Below, in pieces: positions 21,491 to 31,547 of a stretch of DNA of 64,000 nucleotides. The translations under genes were made by a program, and so were the position numbers. Under the pieces are notes generated by a model. The model was not told where the DNA came from. It was given only the letters and a program-made list of their open reading frames with translations, and did no database searches. The number at the start of each line of letters is the position of its first letter. Position 1 is the stretch's first letter. This DNA is from Vulcanimicrobiota bacterium. GTDB lineage: Bacteria > Vulcanimicrobiota > Xenobia > Xenobiales > JADMJV01. The stretch spans positions 520,008-584,007 of the forward strand of contig JBFWNU010000001.1 of assembly GCA_050250895.1 (NCBI GenBank), in the 5' to 3' direction.

Positions 21491-23339
21491 CCCCAAAAAA
21501 AGGCTGCAGGACCTCGACCAGTTCGGCCAGGCGATAGGGCTTCTGTAGATATCCTCCGATGCGCCTGGAGGCCATCTCGGGCGGTAACGAGTCGGCGCTA
21601 TAACCGCTGCTGACGACGACCGGAACGTCAATCTTTAGCTCGCGCAGCTTGCGAAAGGTCTCGACTCCGCTCAGGCCCGGCATGGTCAAATCGAGCACCA
21701 GCAGGTCAATGTGAGGGCTGCTGCGTAGGATGTCGATGGCCTCGAACCCCCCCGAGGCCGGCACCGCCGTTAGGCCCAGAGCGTTGAGCAAACTGACGCT
21801 GGTCTGGCGAACCACCGGATCGTCATCGCACACCAGTACCGTGCCGCCCTTGAACACGGCCGTGGCCGGAGGGGTCGACTCAGCCAATTCTTTCGAGATC
21901 GGAAAGAGCAACTTCACTGCCGTTCCCCGGTCCGGCTCGCTGTAAATGCGCAAGGTCCCCCCGTGAGCCCGCATGATTCCCAGTACGGCCGACATGCCCA
22001 ACCCTCGACCGGCAAATTTGGTAGTAAAGAAGGGATCGAAGACCTGTTTGAGCACGTCCGGGGTCATACCGCAACCGGTATCCGCCACCTCGAGATAGAC
22101 GAACCAGCCAGGCTCTGTCTCGGGCACAACGGTAGCCTCGATGTACTCCTTCGAGACTTCCATGCGACCGCCCGAGATAGTGATGAGCCCACCCTTGCTG
22201 CGCTGGCTCTCGACCGCGTTGGTGACCAGATTCAGGATGGCCTGGCGCAACTGGCCCAGGTCGGCTTCGATCTCGGGCAGATCGTCACTCAGGTTGGTCT
22301 GCAGGGTGGCCTCGGTGGCCACCGACGAACGCAAGAGCTCGAACATCTCCTTGACGACCCGACTCAAGCTGACCGGTTGTTTGTTGAAAGGGGACTTGCC
22401 GGCGTAGGCCAGCATCTGGTTGGTCAATTCAGAGGCCCGCACGGCCGCCGCCTCGATCTGGGCCAGATACTGCCTCACCGAAGAGTTCTCGGGAACCTCG
22501 AGCGCGGCCAGACTGGCGTTGCCCAGCACGCCCACTAACAGGTTGTTGAAATCGTGGGCCACTCCCCCGGCCAACATGCCCAGGCTCTCGAGGCGCTGGC
22601 TCTGCATCAGGCGGGCCTCGAGTGTCCGACTTCGCTGCAGCGCGTCGTATTCGTCAGCCAGCCGATCCGCTCTGGCCTTGATCCCTTCAAATTTGCGGCG
22701 CTCGCTAATGTCGCGCACGGCTGCCACCACGAACTGCCGGTTGGCGGTGGTGTAAGGACTGAGACTGATTTCGACGGGAAAGGTCGAGCCGTCCGCGCGC
22801 CGGCCTTCGAGTTCCATTCCCGATCCCATGCCCCGGGTGGCGGGCGCCGCCTGATAGCCCTGGCGGTGGGCGCGGTGGGCCTGGCGCAGTGTTTCGGGCA
22901 AGAGAGCCTCGACCTCGAGCCCGAGCAGAGTCTCTTGAGCATAGCCGAACATCTCGGTCGCCTGGCGGTTGGTTTGGTGAATGGTTCCCTCGGCATCCAC
23001 TACTATAGTGGCGTCGGGGATGGTCTCGAGAAAGGCCCCCAGAGTGCGGATGGAGGTGTCCTCGACTGGCGCTACCAGCCACACCTCTCCCAGCGGCTGA
23101 AGATGCAAACGAAAAGCCCGGCCGACCGAGATCGCCTCGACCTGGCAGGTAGCCGGCCTTGGCCCCAACACGGGAGCCGGTCGAAAAGTCTCGTCCAACC
23201 TCTCGGAAACAACGCCTAACGCTTCAAAGGCGGCGGCATTGGAACGCCTGATTCGGCCTTCGCTGTCGACCAGCAACATCGGCACAGGCAAAAGGTCCAA
23301 GAACTCGAAATCTGGGTGATTGACTTCCGTTGCACACAT
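21429..23339 (-). CDS. PAS-PAS hybrid histidine kinase
   Basis: [41 protein letters not shown] domain. Confidence 0.93.
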   Translation of the reverse strand: MCATEVNHPDFEFLDLLPVPMLLVDSEGRIRRSNAAAFEALGVVSERLDETFRPAPVLGPRPATCQVEAISVGRAFRLHLQPLGEVWLVAPVEDTSIRTLGAFLETIPDATIVVDAEGTIHQTNRQATEMFGYAQETLLGLEVEALLPETLRQAHRAHRQGYQAAPATRGMGSGMELEGRRADGSTFPVEISLSPYTTANRQFVVAAVRDISERRKFEGIKARADRLADEYDALQRSRTLEARLMQSQRLESLGMLAGGVAHDFNNLLVGVLGNASLAALEVPENSSVRQYLAQIEAAAVRASELTNQMLAYAGKSPFNKQPVSLSRVVKEMFELLRSSVATEATLQTNLSDDLPEIEADLGQLRQAILNLVTNAVESQRSKGGLITISGGRMEVSKEYIEATVVPETEPGWFVYLEVADTGCGMTPDVLKQVFDPFFTTKFAGRGLGMSAVLGIMRAHGGTLRIYSEPDRGTAVKLLFPISKELAESTPPATAVFKGGTVLVCDDDPVVRQTSVSLLNALGLTAVPASGGFEAIDILRSSPHIDLLVLDLTMPGLSGVETFRKLRELKIDVPVVVSSGYSADSLPPEMASRRIGGYLQKPYRLAELVEVLQPFFGASDPILSQAQNSANSSEESE

Positions 23340-23432
23340 CCGCTAGACTTAGTGAACCCCCCGGTCATCGTTAGTTCTGTCGTCTTGGCATCTGCTCCTG
23401 TTGAACGGATGTTGAACAACGACTGATAGGTT

Positions 23433-23951
23433 GTGGACATGTATATCGATTCCATGGATCAGGTTGGACTTACACAGACCGAAGTCGGGGTGCTCGCGGA
23501 TCAGCTTCGAACTTTGTGTCACGACTCGGGGGCAAGCTACGGTCGCCTCTGGCTGACCAGCCCCCAGGGGGCAGGGCCGCTGGCGGAATACGGGGATCGC
23601 TCGGGGGCCGAGCTCTCCTACCGAAGACAGATGGGGGACTTCGAAATCGAGGCGAGTCTGGGGCTCTCTGAGTCAGCCCCCGAAGAGATCCAGGCCCGCC
23701 TCGAGACGCTGGCAACCGAAAGTGCGCATACTCTAGCAGACGCCCGCCTGAAAGCCTTGTCTTCAGTCCACCACGCTCTCTCCAAACGCCTTCACGATAA
23801 GGTCTGCCAGGATTTGACCGCGGCCAAACTCGAATTGGAACTTTTGCAGCTACAAGGGCAGGCGCCCCCGGCTGTGGAAAAGGTCATTCGGTTTCTGCAC
23901 GCGGCCAGCGTGGAGGTCCGCGACATTCTCGGGGATTTAAAGAGTGGGTAA
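23433..23951 (+). CDS. small protein with HisKA_3-like DHp and no ATPase domain
   Basis: SKRLHDKVCQDLTAAKLEL resembles the ARELHD H-box; protein ends after the helices; overlaps the NarL gene; start uncertain. Confidence 0.62.
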   Translation: MDMYIDSMDQVGLTQTEVGVLADQLRTLCHDSGASYGRLWLTSPQGAGPLAEYGDRSGAELSYRRQMGDFEIEASLGLSESAPEEIQARLETLATESAHTLADARLKALSSVHHALSKRLHDKVCQDLTAAKLELELLQLQGQAPPAVEKVIRFLHAASVEVRDILGDLKSG

Positions 23952-24573
23952 AGTCTTTCTGATCGATGACCACTCCCTGGTTCGGGGAGGGTTTTCGCGT
24001 CTGGTCTGTCAACTGCCAGGCTTCGAGGTGGTTGGCGAAGCAAGCTCTATCGAAGAAGCGCTGCCGCTGCTGCGGGAGTGCCAGGTCGATATTGTCACCC
24101 TCGACCTGGCCCTGCCAGGTCTATCGGGCCGCAACGCCGTGACGCTGCTGCAAGAGTCGGTTCCCGAGGCGCGCATCCTGGTCATTTCAGCCCGGCTGGA
24201 TCCGGCCGAGGTCCAATCTCTGCTCGAATTAGGGGTGCTGGGCTATCTGTCCAAAGAATCGCCGGCCACCGAGTTTCTAGAAGCCCTGCGCTCGGTCAAG
24301 ACCAACCAGACCTATCTCTCGCGCGCCGCCGCCGGCGCCCTGGCCACGGCCGTGCGAACCCGCACCCAGAGCCCCACCAACCCCCTTTCGGGCCGCTTGC
24401 TCGAAGTCTTGCAAATGATTTCCGACGGCCTCACTACCCGCGAGATCGCCAGCAAGCTCTATCTAAGTCCCCGGACGGTCGAGAAATACCGCGGTCAGAT
24501 CTTGCGTAAGCTCGACTGTCGCAACCAGATCGAGGCTCTGGGACGGGCCAAAGAATTGGGCCTGCTGAACTAA
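23944..24573 (+). CDS. NarL/LuxR-family response regulator
   Basis: LIDDHSLVR, LDLALP, EIASKLYLSPRTVEKYR. Confidence 0.92.
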   Translation: MGKVFLIDDHSLVRGGFSRLVCQLPGFEVVGEASSIEEALPLLRECQVDIVTLDLALPGLSGRNAVTLLQESVPEARILVISARLDPAEVQSLLELGVLGYLSKESPATEFLEALRSVKTNQTYLSRAAAGALATAVRTRTQSPTNPLSGRLLEVLQMISDGLTTREIASKLYLSPRTVEKYRGQILRKLDCRNQIEALGRAKELGLLN

Positions 24574-24597
24574 ACCACCGGGCTAGCTGGCCGATAC
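24571..24597 (+). promoter_or_regulatory. putative sigma-28 promoter
   Basis: TAAA-N15-GCCGATAC. Confidence 0.6.
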
Positions 24598-24607
24598 CAT
24601 AGATGTC

Positions 24608-25189
24608 GTGAAAATTCTTGTCGTAGAGGATCATCCTCTCAATCGAACCATCATCCAGTCAGCCCTGGGCGATCGCCTGGGCTGCAACACCCTGCTGGCC
24701 TGCGACGGGCGCGAAGCCCTGTCGATGCTGGCCAAGAACCAGGATGTCGGCCTGATCATCACTGACCTCAACATGCCCGAGATGGACGGCCTCGAACTGA
24801 TCGAGACCGTGCGCAGCCACCCCACCCACAAGAAGATCCCGATCATCGTCTGCACCATGGATAGTTCGGTCGAGAAGGTCGTTCAGGTGGCTCGCCTGGG
24901 GGTGACTCATTTCATCGCCAAGCCCATCAAAGTTCAGCAACTCCAAGAAAAGGTGCGAGAGGCGCTTCAATCGAGCCCGGTCGCCCCGCCGGCCCAGTTA
25001 GAGATCTTGCTGATGCTCGGGATCGACCGCCGCGCCTATACCGAGCTGGTCCAAAAGACCGGCCAGGCGATGGCCGATCTCTTCGCTCAACTCGAAAGTG
25101 TCAACGGCGGTCGCAAGCTCGCCAATAGCGAGATTCGCAAGCTCTCTCGGATGATCTGGCCCGACGTTTTCAAGGCCATTGCCAGCTAG
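24608..25189 (+). CDS. CheY-like response regulator with short C-terminal extension
   Basis: ILVVED, TDLNMPEMDG, AKPI. Confidence 0.88.
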   Translation: MKILVVEDHPLNRTIIQSALGDRLGCNTLLACDGREALSMLAKNQDVGLIITDLNMPEMDGLELIETVRSHPTHKKIPIIVCTMDSSVEKVVQVARLGVTHFIAKPIKVQQLQEKVREALQSSPVAPPAQLEILLMLGIDRRAYTELVQKTGQAMADLFAQLESVNGGRKLANSEIRKLSRMIWPDVFKAIAS

Positions 25190-25196
25190 CCGCCGC

Positions 25197-26141
25197 TTAA
25201 ACCGCTGAGCGGGCGGCTCGACGAGGGCGACCCGAGACCATTTCGAGCACTTTCACACCAAAGCGTTCGTCGACGACCACCACTTCTCCGTAAGCCACCA
25301 GTCGATCGTGGACAAACAGCTCGACCGGTTCGCCGGCCATCTTGTCAAGCTCCAGGACCGATCCCTCGCCGATGCTCAGCAGATCCTCGATCATCAACGA
25401 AGTCTTGCCCAGCACCACCATCACTTCGAGGGGTACGTCGAGCAGGATGTCGAGGGCGCCGCCGGACACCGACGGACCCTCGCGGCCTGCGGGCAGGGCC
25501 GAGAAACTCGCCTGCGAAACATTGGCCTGCACTCGCGGCGAGTCACTGCGAGTCCTTTCTTCCGGCTCATCGTCATCCTTTGACTGATCATCGACCAGCA
25601 CCGAGGGTCCGGCCGCAGCCGAGAGTTCCTCGGCCAGGGTGGCCGGCAAGAAGAGATACAGCGAAATGGTGTCGCTTTTACTGACCTTGACCGGGAACTC
25701 GAGCGAGACGTAGAGAGGAGCTCCCAGATCGGGGAGCGGTCCGTAGCTCGGTTCGGTGGACCGCACCGTGACCTCCTGGCCCAGGGCGCGAGTGAGGGCG
25801 GCGGGTAAGAAACTCACCATCTGCCGAAAGGCCTCACCGAGAACCTCGCCGTGGAGAGCGCCGAAGGTCTCTCCCGGGCTCTCTTCGCCCAGCATGCTCG
25901 AGGCCAACATGACCGCCTCGGCACCGTCGATGGCCAGGATCAGTGGCCCGGTGAGAGCCCCTCCCGTGGTGATGGGGATATGGAAGGCGCCATCGTGAAA
26001 CTGCCCTGTCATCTCGCTGGGCGTCACGATAAAGGATGAGCCCGGCTGGGGGACAGCTGGTTGGCTCAACAGTGCCGCCAAAGTCTCGGCGGAATTCTTG
26101 ATCCAGGTTTGAAATACCAGCACAGTAGGATCGCTGCTCAT
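25197..26141 (-). CDS. fliN: flagellar switch protein FliN/FliY (CheC-like plus SpoA domain)
   Basis: LDILLDVPLEVMVVLG..LELDKMAGEPVEL..GEVVVVDERFGV; ATGA overlap with fliM. Confidence 0.85.
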   Translation of the reverse strand: MSSDPTVLVFQTWIKNSAETLAALLSQPAVPQPGSSFIVTPSEMTGQFHDGAFHIPITTGGALTGPLILAIDGAEAVMLASSMLGEESPGETFGALHGEVLGEAFRQMVSFLPAALTRALGQEVTVRSTEPSYGPLPDLGAPLYVSLEFPVKVSKSDTISLYLFLPATLAEELSAAAGPSVLVDDQSKDDDEPEERTRSDSPRVQANVSQASFSALPAGREGPSVSGGALDILLDVPLEVMVVLGKTSLMIEDLLSIGEGSVLELDKMAGEPVELFVHDRLVAYGEVVVVDERFGVKVLEMVSGRPRRAARSAV

Positions 26142-27136
26142 GTTCTTTCCCTCCAAGGGCCTTCGATAATAACTGCCATCTTACGGGCCACCATACCGGG
26201 GCGGCCAGCGAAACGCGGCACCCCCCCTACCCGAACTCTGAGTGGTTTGGATTGTTCTTGCTGCAAACTGATTACGTCGCCTGGGGCCAGCTTGGTCAGG
26301 TCGGCCGCGGACATGCGAGCCGTCCCGAGTTCCACCGTGACCGGCAGCGGCAGGGTGGCGAGATTTGGCGGCAGCTCGCGGTGCCGATGCTCGGTCTCGC
26401 TGTCTCGCTTGGCTCTGTTCACGCCGCCCACCAGCCGGGTGAGGGCCGATAGAGGGGTGTAGATGCTCAGGTGCCCACTGGTCGCGCCCAGACGCAGGTC
26501 GTAGAGGGCACGGACCATGAACTCGTCAGGAGCCAGGGTGCGCGGAATGACCCGTTCGTCGGTGTCGATCAGCTCGACCACCGGGGCGGTGGGCAGTTCG
26601 ACCGCGTCGGCATAGAAGTTGAGGATCTTCTGGCAAATCTCGCCCATCAACCCCCGCTCGAACTCGGTCAGGGGACGGCTGATGATACTGCCGCTTCCCG
26701 GCCCGCCCATCAGGCGGTCCAGAGCGGCGTAGAGCTGGTTGAGGTTGACCTTGAGCATCCCGTGGCGTTCTTCGTCGAGGGCGAAGGTGCACATCAGCGT
26801 GGGAATGCCGTGAGATTTGAAGATCTCACCGTAATTTGTCTGATCTACCTCGACCAGAGTAGTGTCGATGCTGGTCCGGGTCAGTCCGGTCAGATAGTTG
26901 GTCAGGCTACGTGTAAAGCGACCGAAGTTCGTGCGAAGCAGCCGAATCTGCTCCTTTGACAGCTTCTCGGGTCGACGAAAGTCGTAGAGCCGATAGCCTC
27001 GCGAGCTGCGAAACGTCTTGCGGTGGCGCCCTGCACCCATTTCGCCCGGAGTGATGGTCGTAGGCGAAGCCATCTCTTGTTGACCAAGAGAACTGATCAG
27101 AGCATCAATTTCTAACTGGCTTAAATTGGCCGACAT
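26138..27136 (-). CDS. fliM: flagellar switch protein FliM
   Basis: LSQLEIDALI, YDFRRPEKLSKEQIR, DRLMGGPG, RPLTEFE. Confidence 0.93.
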   Translation of the reverse strand: MSANLSQLEIDALISSLGQQEMASPTTITPGEMGAGRHRKTFRSSRGYRLYDFRRPEKLSKEQIRLLRTNFGRFTRSLTNYLTGLTRTSIDTTLVEVDQTNYGEIFKSHGIPTLMCTFALDEERHGMLKVNLNQLYAALDRLMGGPGSGSIISRPLTEFERGLMGEICQKILNFYADAVELPTAPVVELIDTDERVIPRTLAPDEFMVRALYDLRLGATSGHLSIYTPLSALTRLVGGVNRAKRDSETEHRHRELPPNLATLPLPVTVELGTARMSAADLTKLAPGDVISLQQEQSKPLRVRVGGVPRFAGRPGMVARKMAVIIEGPWRERT

Positions 27137-27194
27137 CGATTCACCTCACTGGGGTCATTGTCATGGGGTCAGGCAAACCCTTGTCGCTCCAGAC

Positions 27195-27225
27195 AAAAAA
27201 CGGCGAGAGGACTCTCGCCGTTTTT
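27195..27225. terminator. intrinsic terminator after cheX
   Basis: AAAAAACGGCGAGAG-GA-CTCTCGCCGTTTTT. Confidence 0.8.
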
Positions 27226-27243
27226 GACTCGCCCCGCCCATCT

Positions 27244-27714
27244 TCAACGATGTTCTCGAAGGGCAATGTTGACGGTCAGACGACCCAGCTCGGTGTCGAT
27301 AGGAATGATCATCGTCGTACTCAGGACACCGGAGGCTCGCATACCGATGCCACAGAGGATGACCGGAGGGGTGATGGAAAACGCCGAGCCGTTGTCGTTG
27401 AGAAGGGTCACCGCCCGCCCTGCGATCAGATTGGCCAACTCGGCCAGCGTCGATCTGGCCATGGGGTTCAGGCTGTCGAACGGCTCGCCAAAGTTCATCG
27501 CCTCACAGACCCTCAGAGCGCAAGCTGTGTCTAGTTCGAGCACCAGCCGACCTTCCATCCCTCCGGTAATGCCGATGATCACGGCTACCTCTTGAAGTTC
27601 TTGAGGGTCAGCCACTTCGGTGGGACGGCCGGTCGTGGCCGGCTTCTCGAGATAAGTGGCCAGCACGTCGGTCGCGGCTTCCGCGAAGGCGGTGGCAAAA
27701 TTGGTTTTCAGCAA
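27244..27714 (-). CDS. cheX: chemotaxis phosphatase CheX
   Basis: IIGITGGMEG, STLAELANLIAG, ITPP. Confidence 0.88.
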   Translation of the reverse strand: MLKTNFATAFAEAATDVLATYLEKPATTGRPTEVADPQELQEVAVIIGITGGMEGRLVLELDTACALRVCEAMNFGEPFDSLNPMARSTLAELANLIAGRAVTLLNDNGSAFSITPPVILCGIGMRASGVLSTTMIIPIDTELGRLTVNIALREHR

Positions 27715-27744
27715 GGGGCACCTCCGTTATGTCTAGCCTCCAAG

Positions 27745-27771
27745 ACATCGGCCAGATACGCCTCCCCTTAA
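27745..27771 (-). promoter_or_regulatory. putative sigma-28 promoter for cheX
   Basis: TTAA-N15-GCCGATGT. Confidence 0.62.
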
Positions 27772-28538
27772 GGTCCCCGGGGCGATTTGGGGACGGCGGC
27801 GATGACGTAGTCCGCGCCCCAGGGCAAACCACCCTCGTGCTCGCCCACATAGGCCAGGGCGCGCTGGCGCAACTCGCGCTCATAGGCGTCTAGACTCGCT
27901 CGCAGAGCGGCCGGAACCCCTTCGAGAGCCCGCCGGCAGACATCAAGCTCGGCCTGCACGAAGGGCTGTCCATAGAGGATGGGAAAGGCTCGCTCCGAGA
28001 TCACCTCGTAGCCCTGCAAAGCCAGTTGCTCGAGCACCCACCAACGGGGATACTCGCGATGCGGCCGCTGCCGCGCCAGCAGCAGAGTAGCGTCGCGCAA
28101 GTTGGCGATCTCGTTGACCAGTCGGCCGGCCGCGTGCTGGCCTGCGGGCGGATAGGGTTCTAGACCGATGACGTAGAGGCGCTGGCCGACATGACGCTTG
28201 AGCCGGCCCAGCAATCGGGTCTGATAATATGGGGCCAGCCTATCGACGGCTCCGATCAGATAGTCGACCAGCACCACCTCGAACCGCTCGCCCAACAGCA
28301 GGTCGGGGTCGGTCCAATTGCCCACCACCACTCGGTCCTGGGCCCGCAGTCGGGGTCCCAGGTCGTGCTCGAGCCGCTCCTTCCATGCACTGTCGCCGGT
28401 GACAGCCGTGATGGACTCGGTCTCGAGACCGGCCAGCCATTCCAACGACCCCCAGCCCGTGCCGGCGTCGAGCACCCGCCCCCAGGGGGCGCCACCGTGA
28501 AGCTGCTCGAGATAAGCAAACAGCGAATCGAAGGGCAC
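27768..28538 (-). CDS. class I SAM-dependent methyltransferase-like protein
   Basis: VLDAGTGWGS motif I; DYLIGA. Confidence 0.78.
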   Translation of the reverse strand: MPFDSLFAYLEQLHGGAPWGRVLDAGTGWGSLEWLAGLETESITAVTGDSAWKERLEHDLGPRLRAQDRVVVGNWTDPDLLLGERFEVVLVDYLIGAVDRLAPYYQTRLLGRLKRHVGQRLYVIGLEPYPPAGQHAAGRLVNEIANLRDATLLLARQRPHREYPRWWVLEQLALQGYEVISERAFPILYGQPFVQAELDVCRRALEGVPAALRASLDAYERELRQRALAYVGEHEGGLPWGADYVIAAVPKSPRGP

Positions 28539-28552
28539 TCCCGCAGTTTGCT

Positions 28553-29209
28553 CTATTTGGCGGGCAGGGTCAAGGTAGCGTACATCACCCTGGTATCGGC
28601 ATCAGGGTTACCAACCAGCGGCTCTATGTGTTCGACTTTGAGCACCAGCAACCCATCGGGCCGGGAAAGGCTGAAGTTGCCCTGGGCGTTCGCGGTAGCC
28701 ACCGTCTTATGCTCGGTATAAAGCTCGGCTCCTGGCAGGGGCTTGCCGTTGAGCAGGACCTGGCCTTCGACAGTCTTGCCCACCGAGCGCAGCACGATCT
28801 CGAGGGGATGGCCAACCTTCTGGGTGTAGTCGGGACCCTCGACCAGCTTGGCGTAATGCAGGTCCCAGGTGCTCTTGAGATAGCTGCTCTGTTCCCGCTT
28901 GGAATGGTGCTTCCAACCGTGCACCGTCTTGACCCAGAAGCGGTTGTCGATGTCGACCGCCAGAGTCCTGGCCTGAGGGGCCACCAGATGAAGTGTTTGG
29001 CCCTGGTAGGCGCTGTCGACCTTGACGCTCTTTCCCTGGGCCGACCAGCCGGCGACGCCTTTGAGCACATCGCGCTCATAGGGCGTATTCTCGCCTGCGT
29101 GACCATAGACCAGCACGGCCCCGTCTTTGTCAGGTTTGAGCCAGAAGTCGTGGGCCCAGGCCGGCAGAGCGCAGACCAGAAGGCAAAAGAAGACGAAGCG
29201 ATGTCGCAT
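28553..29209 (-). CDS. DUF4198-like periplasmic Ni/Co-associated protein
   Basis: Signal peptide followed by AHDFWL, YGH, PLEIV, VLLNGKPL, ATLT. Confidence 0.8.
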   Translation of the reverse strand: MRHRFVFFCLLVCALPAWAHDFWLKPDKDGAVLVYGHAGENTPYERDVLKGVAGWSAQGKSVKVDSAYQGQTLHLVAPQARTLAVDIDNRFWVKTVHGWKHHSKREQSSYLKSTWDLHYAKLVEGPDYTQKVGHPLEIVLRSVGKTVEGQVLLNGKPLPGAELYTEHKTVATANAQGNFSLSRPDGLLVLKVEHIEPLVGNPDADTRVMYATLTLPAK

Positions 29210-29483
29210 TTTGAGTTTCTCCTTAGAAGATGGTGGATAGAGTCAGCCGACGGCTGAAACGGAACGAGTCGGTGTTGTTAGGCTGCGGACCCTGGGAGGT
29301 GCTGGACCCACCCTGGTAGGCCCAGGCCGGGCTAAAAGTCAATACAACCAGGAGCACCCAAATGCATCTGAAACAACATCTTTCTGCAAAGAAAGTCACC
29401 TGCAACCATTTTCATCCCCAAGCAAAACTCCTCCTGAGCTAGATTTACTCCCACTCCGAGAGGCGCCGAGCGTCAGGGTGCAG

Positions 29484-29918
29484 TTACCCTGGTGGGACTT
29501 TCGCACAGGCAGAACACAGCCCGGCCAGGCTCAGGTGTTCGCGATCGATCTGGAATCCGTAGGTAGCCCGGACCTTTTTGGCCAGGCCCAAGATCAAGTC
29601 ATAATCGCACTCTTCGACCTGGCCGCATTGCTTGCAGCAAAGGTGGCCGTGCAGGTGACCGGGGTCGCGAAAAGAGTAATGGATCTGGTCGACCGCGGCG
29701 TCGAGGCGGTCTACTAGACCGGCTTCGTGCAGGCCCTCGAGGGTTCGATAGACGGTGGCCAGGTTGAGACCCGGCATCGTCGGAGAAGCCATCTCATAAA
29801 GTTCTTTGGCGGTCAGGTGCTGGTGCCCCTCGACCTCCCGGAGCAAGCCCAGCAAGGTCGTCCGCTGGGCGGTCACTCGAAGCCCGTGGGAGCGCAGAAG
29901 GTCAGCGTGTTCTTTCAC
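29484..29918 (-). CDS. Fur-family transcriptional regulator
   Basis: GLRVTAQR, HLTAKELY, LATVYRTL, HGHLCCKQCG, GLCSAC; GTG start at 29918. Confidence 0.92.
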   Translation of the reverse strand: MKEHADLLRSHGLRVTAQRTTLLGLLREVEGHQHLTAKELYEMASPTMPGLNLATVYRTLEGLHEAGLVDRLDAAVDQIHYSFRDPGHLHGHLCCKQCGQVEECDYDLILGLAKKVRATYGFQIDREHLSLAGLCSACAKVPPG

Positions 29919-29993
29919 GAGCGCCCCTTCGAGACGGTGGCTGCATCTCCCGCCCTTGAAGGAGCCCAAGGGGAGTGTGCGGTAGACGGCCGG

Positions 29994-31547
29994 GTGAGAC
30001 ACTTGCGGCTTTGGCTCCTCCTCTTCTTCCTGCTCTTGGGCTGGCCGGCCTGGGCCCATGACGAGACGGCCGATTCTCTATTGAAGTTGGTGGTCGAACC
30101 CGGAGTGATCCGATTGGACTACGAGATCCACTTTTCGGGAACCGAGAGCTTCACCCGCATCCGCTCGCTCGACAGCAACGGCGACGAGACATACTCTGAT
30201 TTCGAGAAAGAGGCTTTTCTGGGGGTCCGCGAGTTGGATTTTCTTGAGCAGGCCAGTTTACGCATGGACGGCAAAGGATTAGCCCTGCGACCCATTGCCC
30301 GCAAGGTCGAAGTCGATACTAACTCCGTCACCGGCTTGAGCAAAATCAGTGTCTATCATTCCTTTGAATCCGACCCCTTCGAGTCACCTTCTGCTCACGC
30401 TCGCCTGGAGTTTAGCGATAAAGCTTTCGGATGGACTCGACTCGAACTGGGGGGTGGGCTTGGCCCCGGGCTGGTCGAAGAGGGTCCCAGCCGAGGACGC
30501 AAGCACCAGTTGGTGGTCGACCTGGGCAGCCAGGCGCGAGCGCGAACTGCGACCGAGCAGTCGACCACCGCCTCGGACGACCGGCTACTCGAACTGGTGG
30601 GCGCCAACCTGACCCCCGGAATCATCGCCACCGCCCTCTTGCTGGCCTTTGTCTTCGGAGCCCTGCATGCGCTCACGCCCGGGCACGGAAAGACCATGGT
30701 GGCGGCCTACCTGGTCGGTTCGCGAGGAACGTTCTCACAGGCTGTCTTTCTTGGACTGGTGGTCACTTTCACCCACACCATCAGTGTCTTTCTGTTGGGA
30801 ATCGCCTGCTTCTATTACTTCGACAAGGTGGTACCCGAGCAGACCATTCCCTGGATCGCCTTCGCCTCGGGCGTGTTGGTGGTAGTGGTCGGGGCTGTGC
30901 TGCTGGTTGGGCGCTTGCGCGGGGCAGACTGGGGGCATGGCCACTCCCACTCCCATGGTCACGACCACTCCCACGACCATCATAGTCACGCTCACGACCA
31001 CGACCACCACGGTCACGACCACTCCCACGACCATCACAGTCACGCTCACGACCACGACCACCACGGTCACGACCACTCCCACGACCATCACGGTCACGCC
31101 GCCGACCATCGGGGGAGCTGCCAGGAAACCGACCTGGCGGCTTCCCTCGAGGGGCATCATCACCTGGGGCACCACCACGCCGAGGGCAACCCTCCTTCGC
31201 ATCCCCACCAGCCAGAGGTCGCCAAGAAGGTCTCTGGTTGGGCTTTGCTGAGCCTTGGCATCAGCGGAGGCCTGGTGCCCTGCCCCGACGCGCTGCTGGT
31301 GCTGTTGAGCGCCATCGCTCTCAATCGCCTGGCCTTCGGACTGCTGGTGCTGGTGGCCTTTAGCCTCGGTCTGGCGGCCGTGCTGGTGGCCATCGGAGTG
31401 GCGGTAGTATCGGCCGCCCGGGTGGCCGATCGCTTCATGCCCGGTCGAGAAACGGTGGCCCGCATCTCGGTGGTGGCCTACGGGTTGGTCTGTCTGCTGG
31501 GGCTGGTCATGGCCTGGCGGGCGCTCGTCAGCGCCGGGGTGCTATGA
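29994..31547 (+). CDS. RcnA/NicO-family Ni/Co transporter with N-terminal periplasmic domain and His-rich loop
   Basis: Signal AWAH, GALHALTPGHGKT, THT, GLVPCPDA. Confidence 0.88.
   Translation: MRHLRLWLLLFFLLLGWPAWAHDETADSLLKLVVEPGVIRLDYEIHFSGTESFTRIRSLDSNGDETYSDFEKEAFLGVRELDFLEQASLRMDGKGLALRPIARKVEVDTNSVTGLSKISVYHSFESDPFESPSAHARLEFSDKAFGWTRLELGGGLGPGLVEEGPSRGRKHQLVVDLGSQARARTATEQSTTASDDRLLELVGANLTPGIIATALLLAFVFGALHALTPGHGKTMVAAYLVGSRGTFSQAVFLGLVVTFTHTISVFLLGIACFYYFDKVVPEQTIPWIAFASGVLVVVVGAVLLVGRLRGADWGHGHSHSHGHDHSHDHHSHAHDHDHHGHDHSHDHHSHAHDHDHHGHDHSHDHHGHAADHRGSCQETDLAASLEGHHHLGHHHAEGNPPSHPHQPEVAKKVSGWALLSLGISGGLVPCPDALLVLLSAIALNRLAFGLLVLVAFSLGLAAVLVAIGVAVVSAARVADRFMPGRETVARISVVAYGLVCLLGLVMAWRALVSAGVL
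30957..31099 (+). repeat. 54-bp coding tandem repeat (GHDHSHDHHSHAHDHDHH), about 2.6 copies
   Basis: Units start at 30957, 31011, 31065. Confidence 0.9.

Noticed and set aside
29210-29480. Cobalamin or NiCo riboswitch upstream of DUF4198
   Set aside because: No B12-box or recognisable NiCo junction found by eye; an Infernal/Rfam scan would settle it
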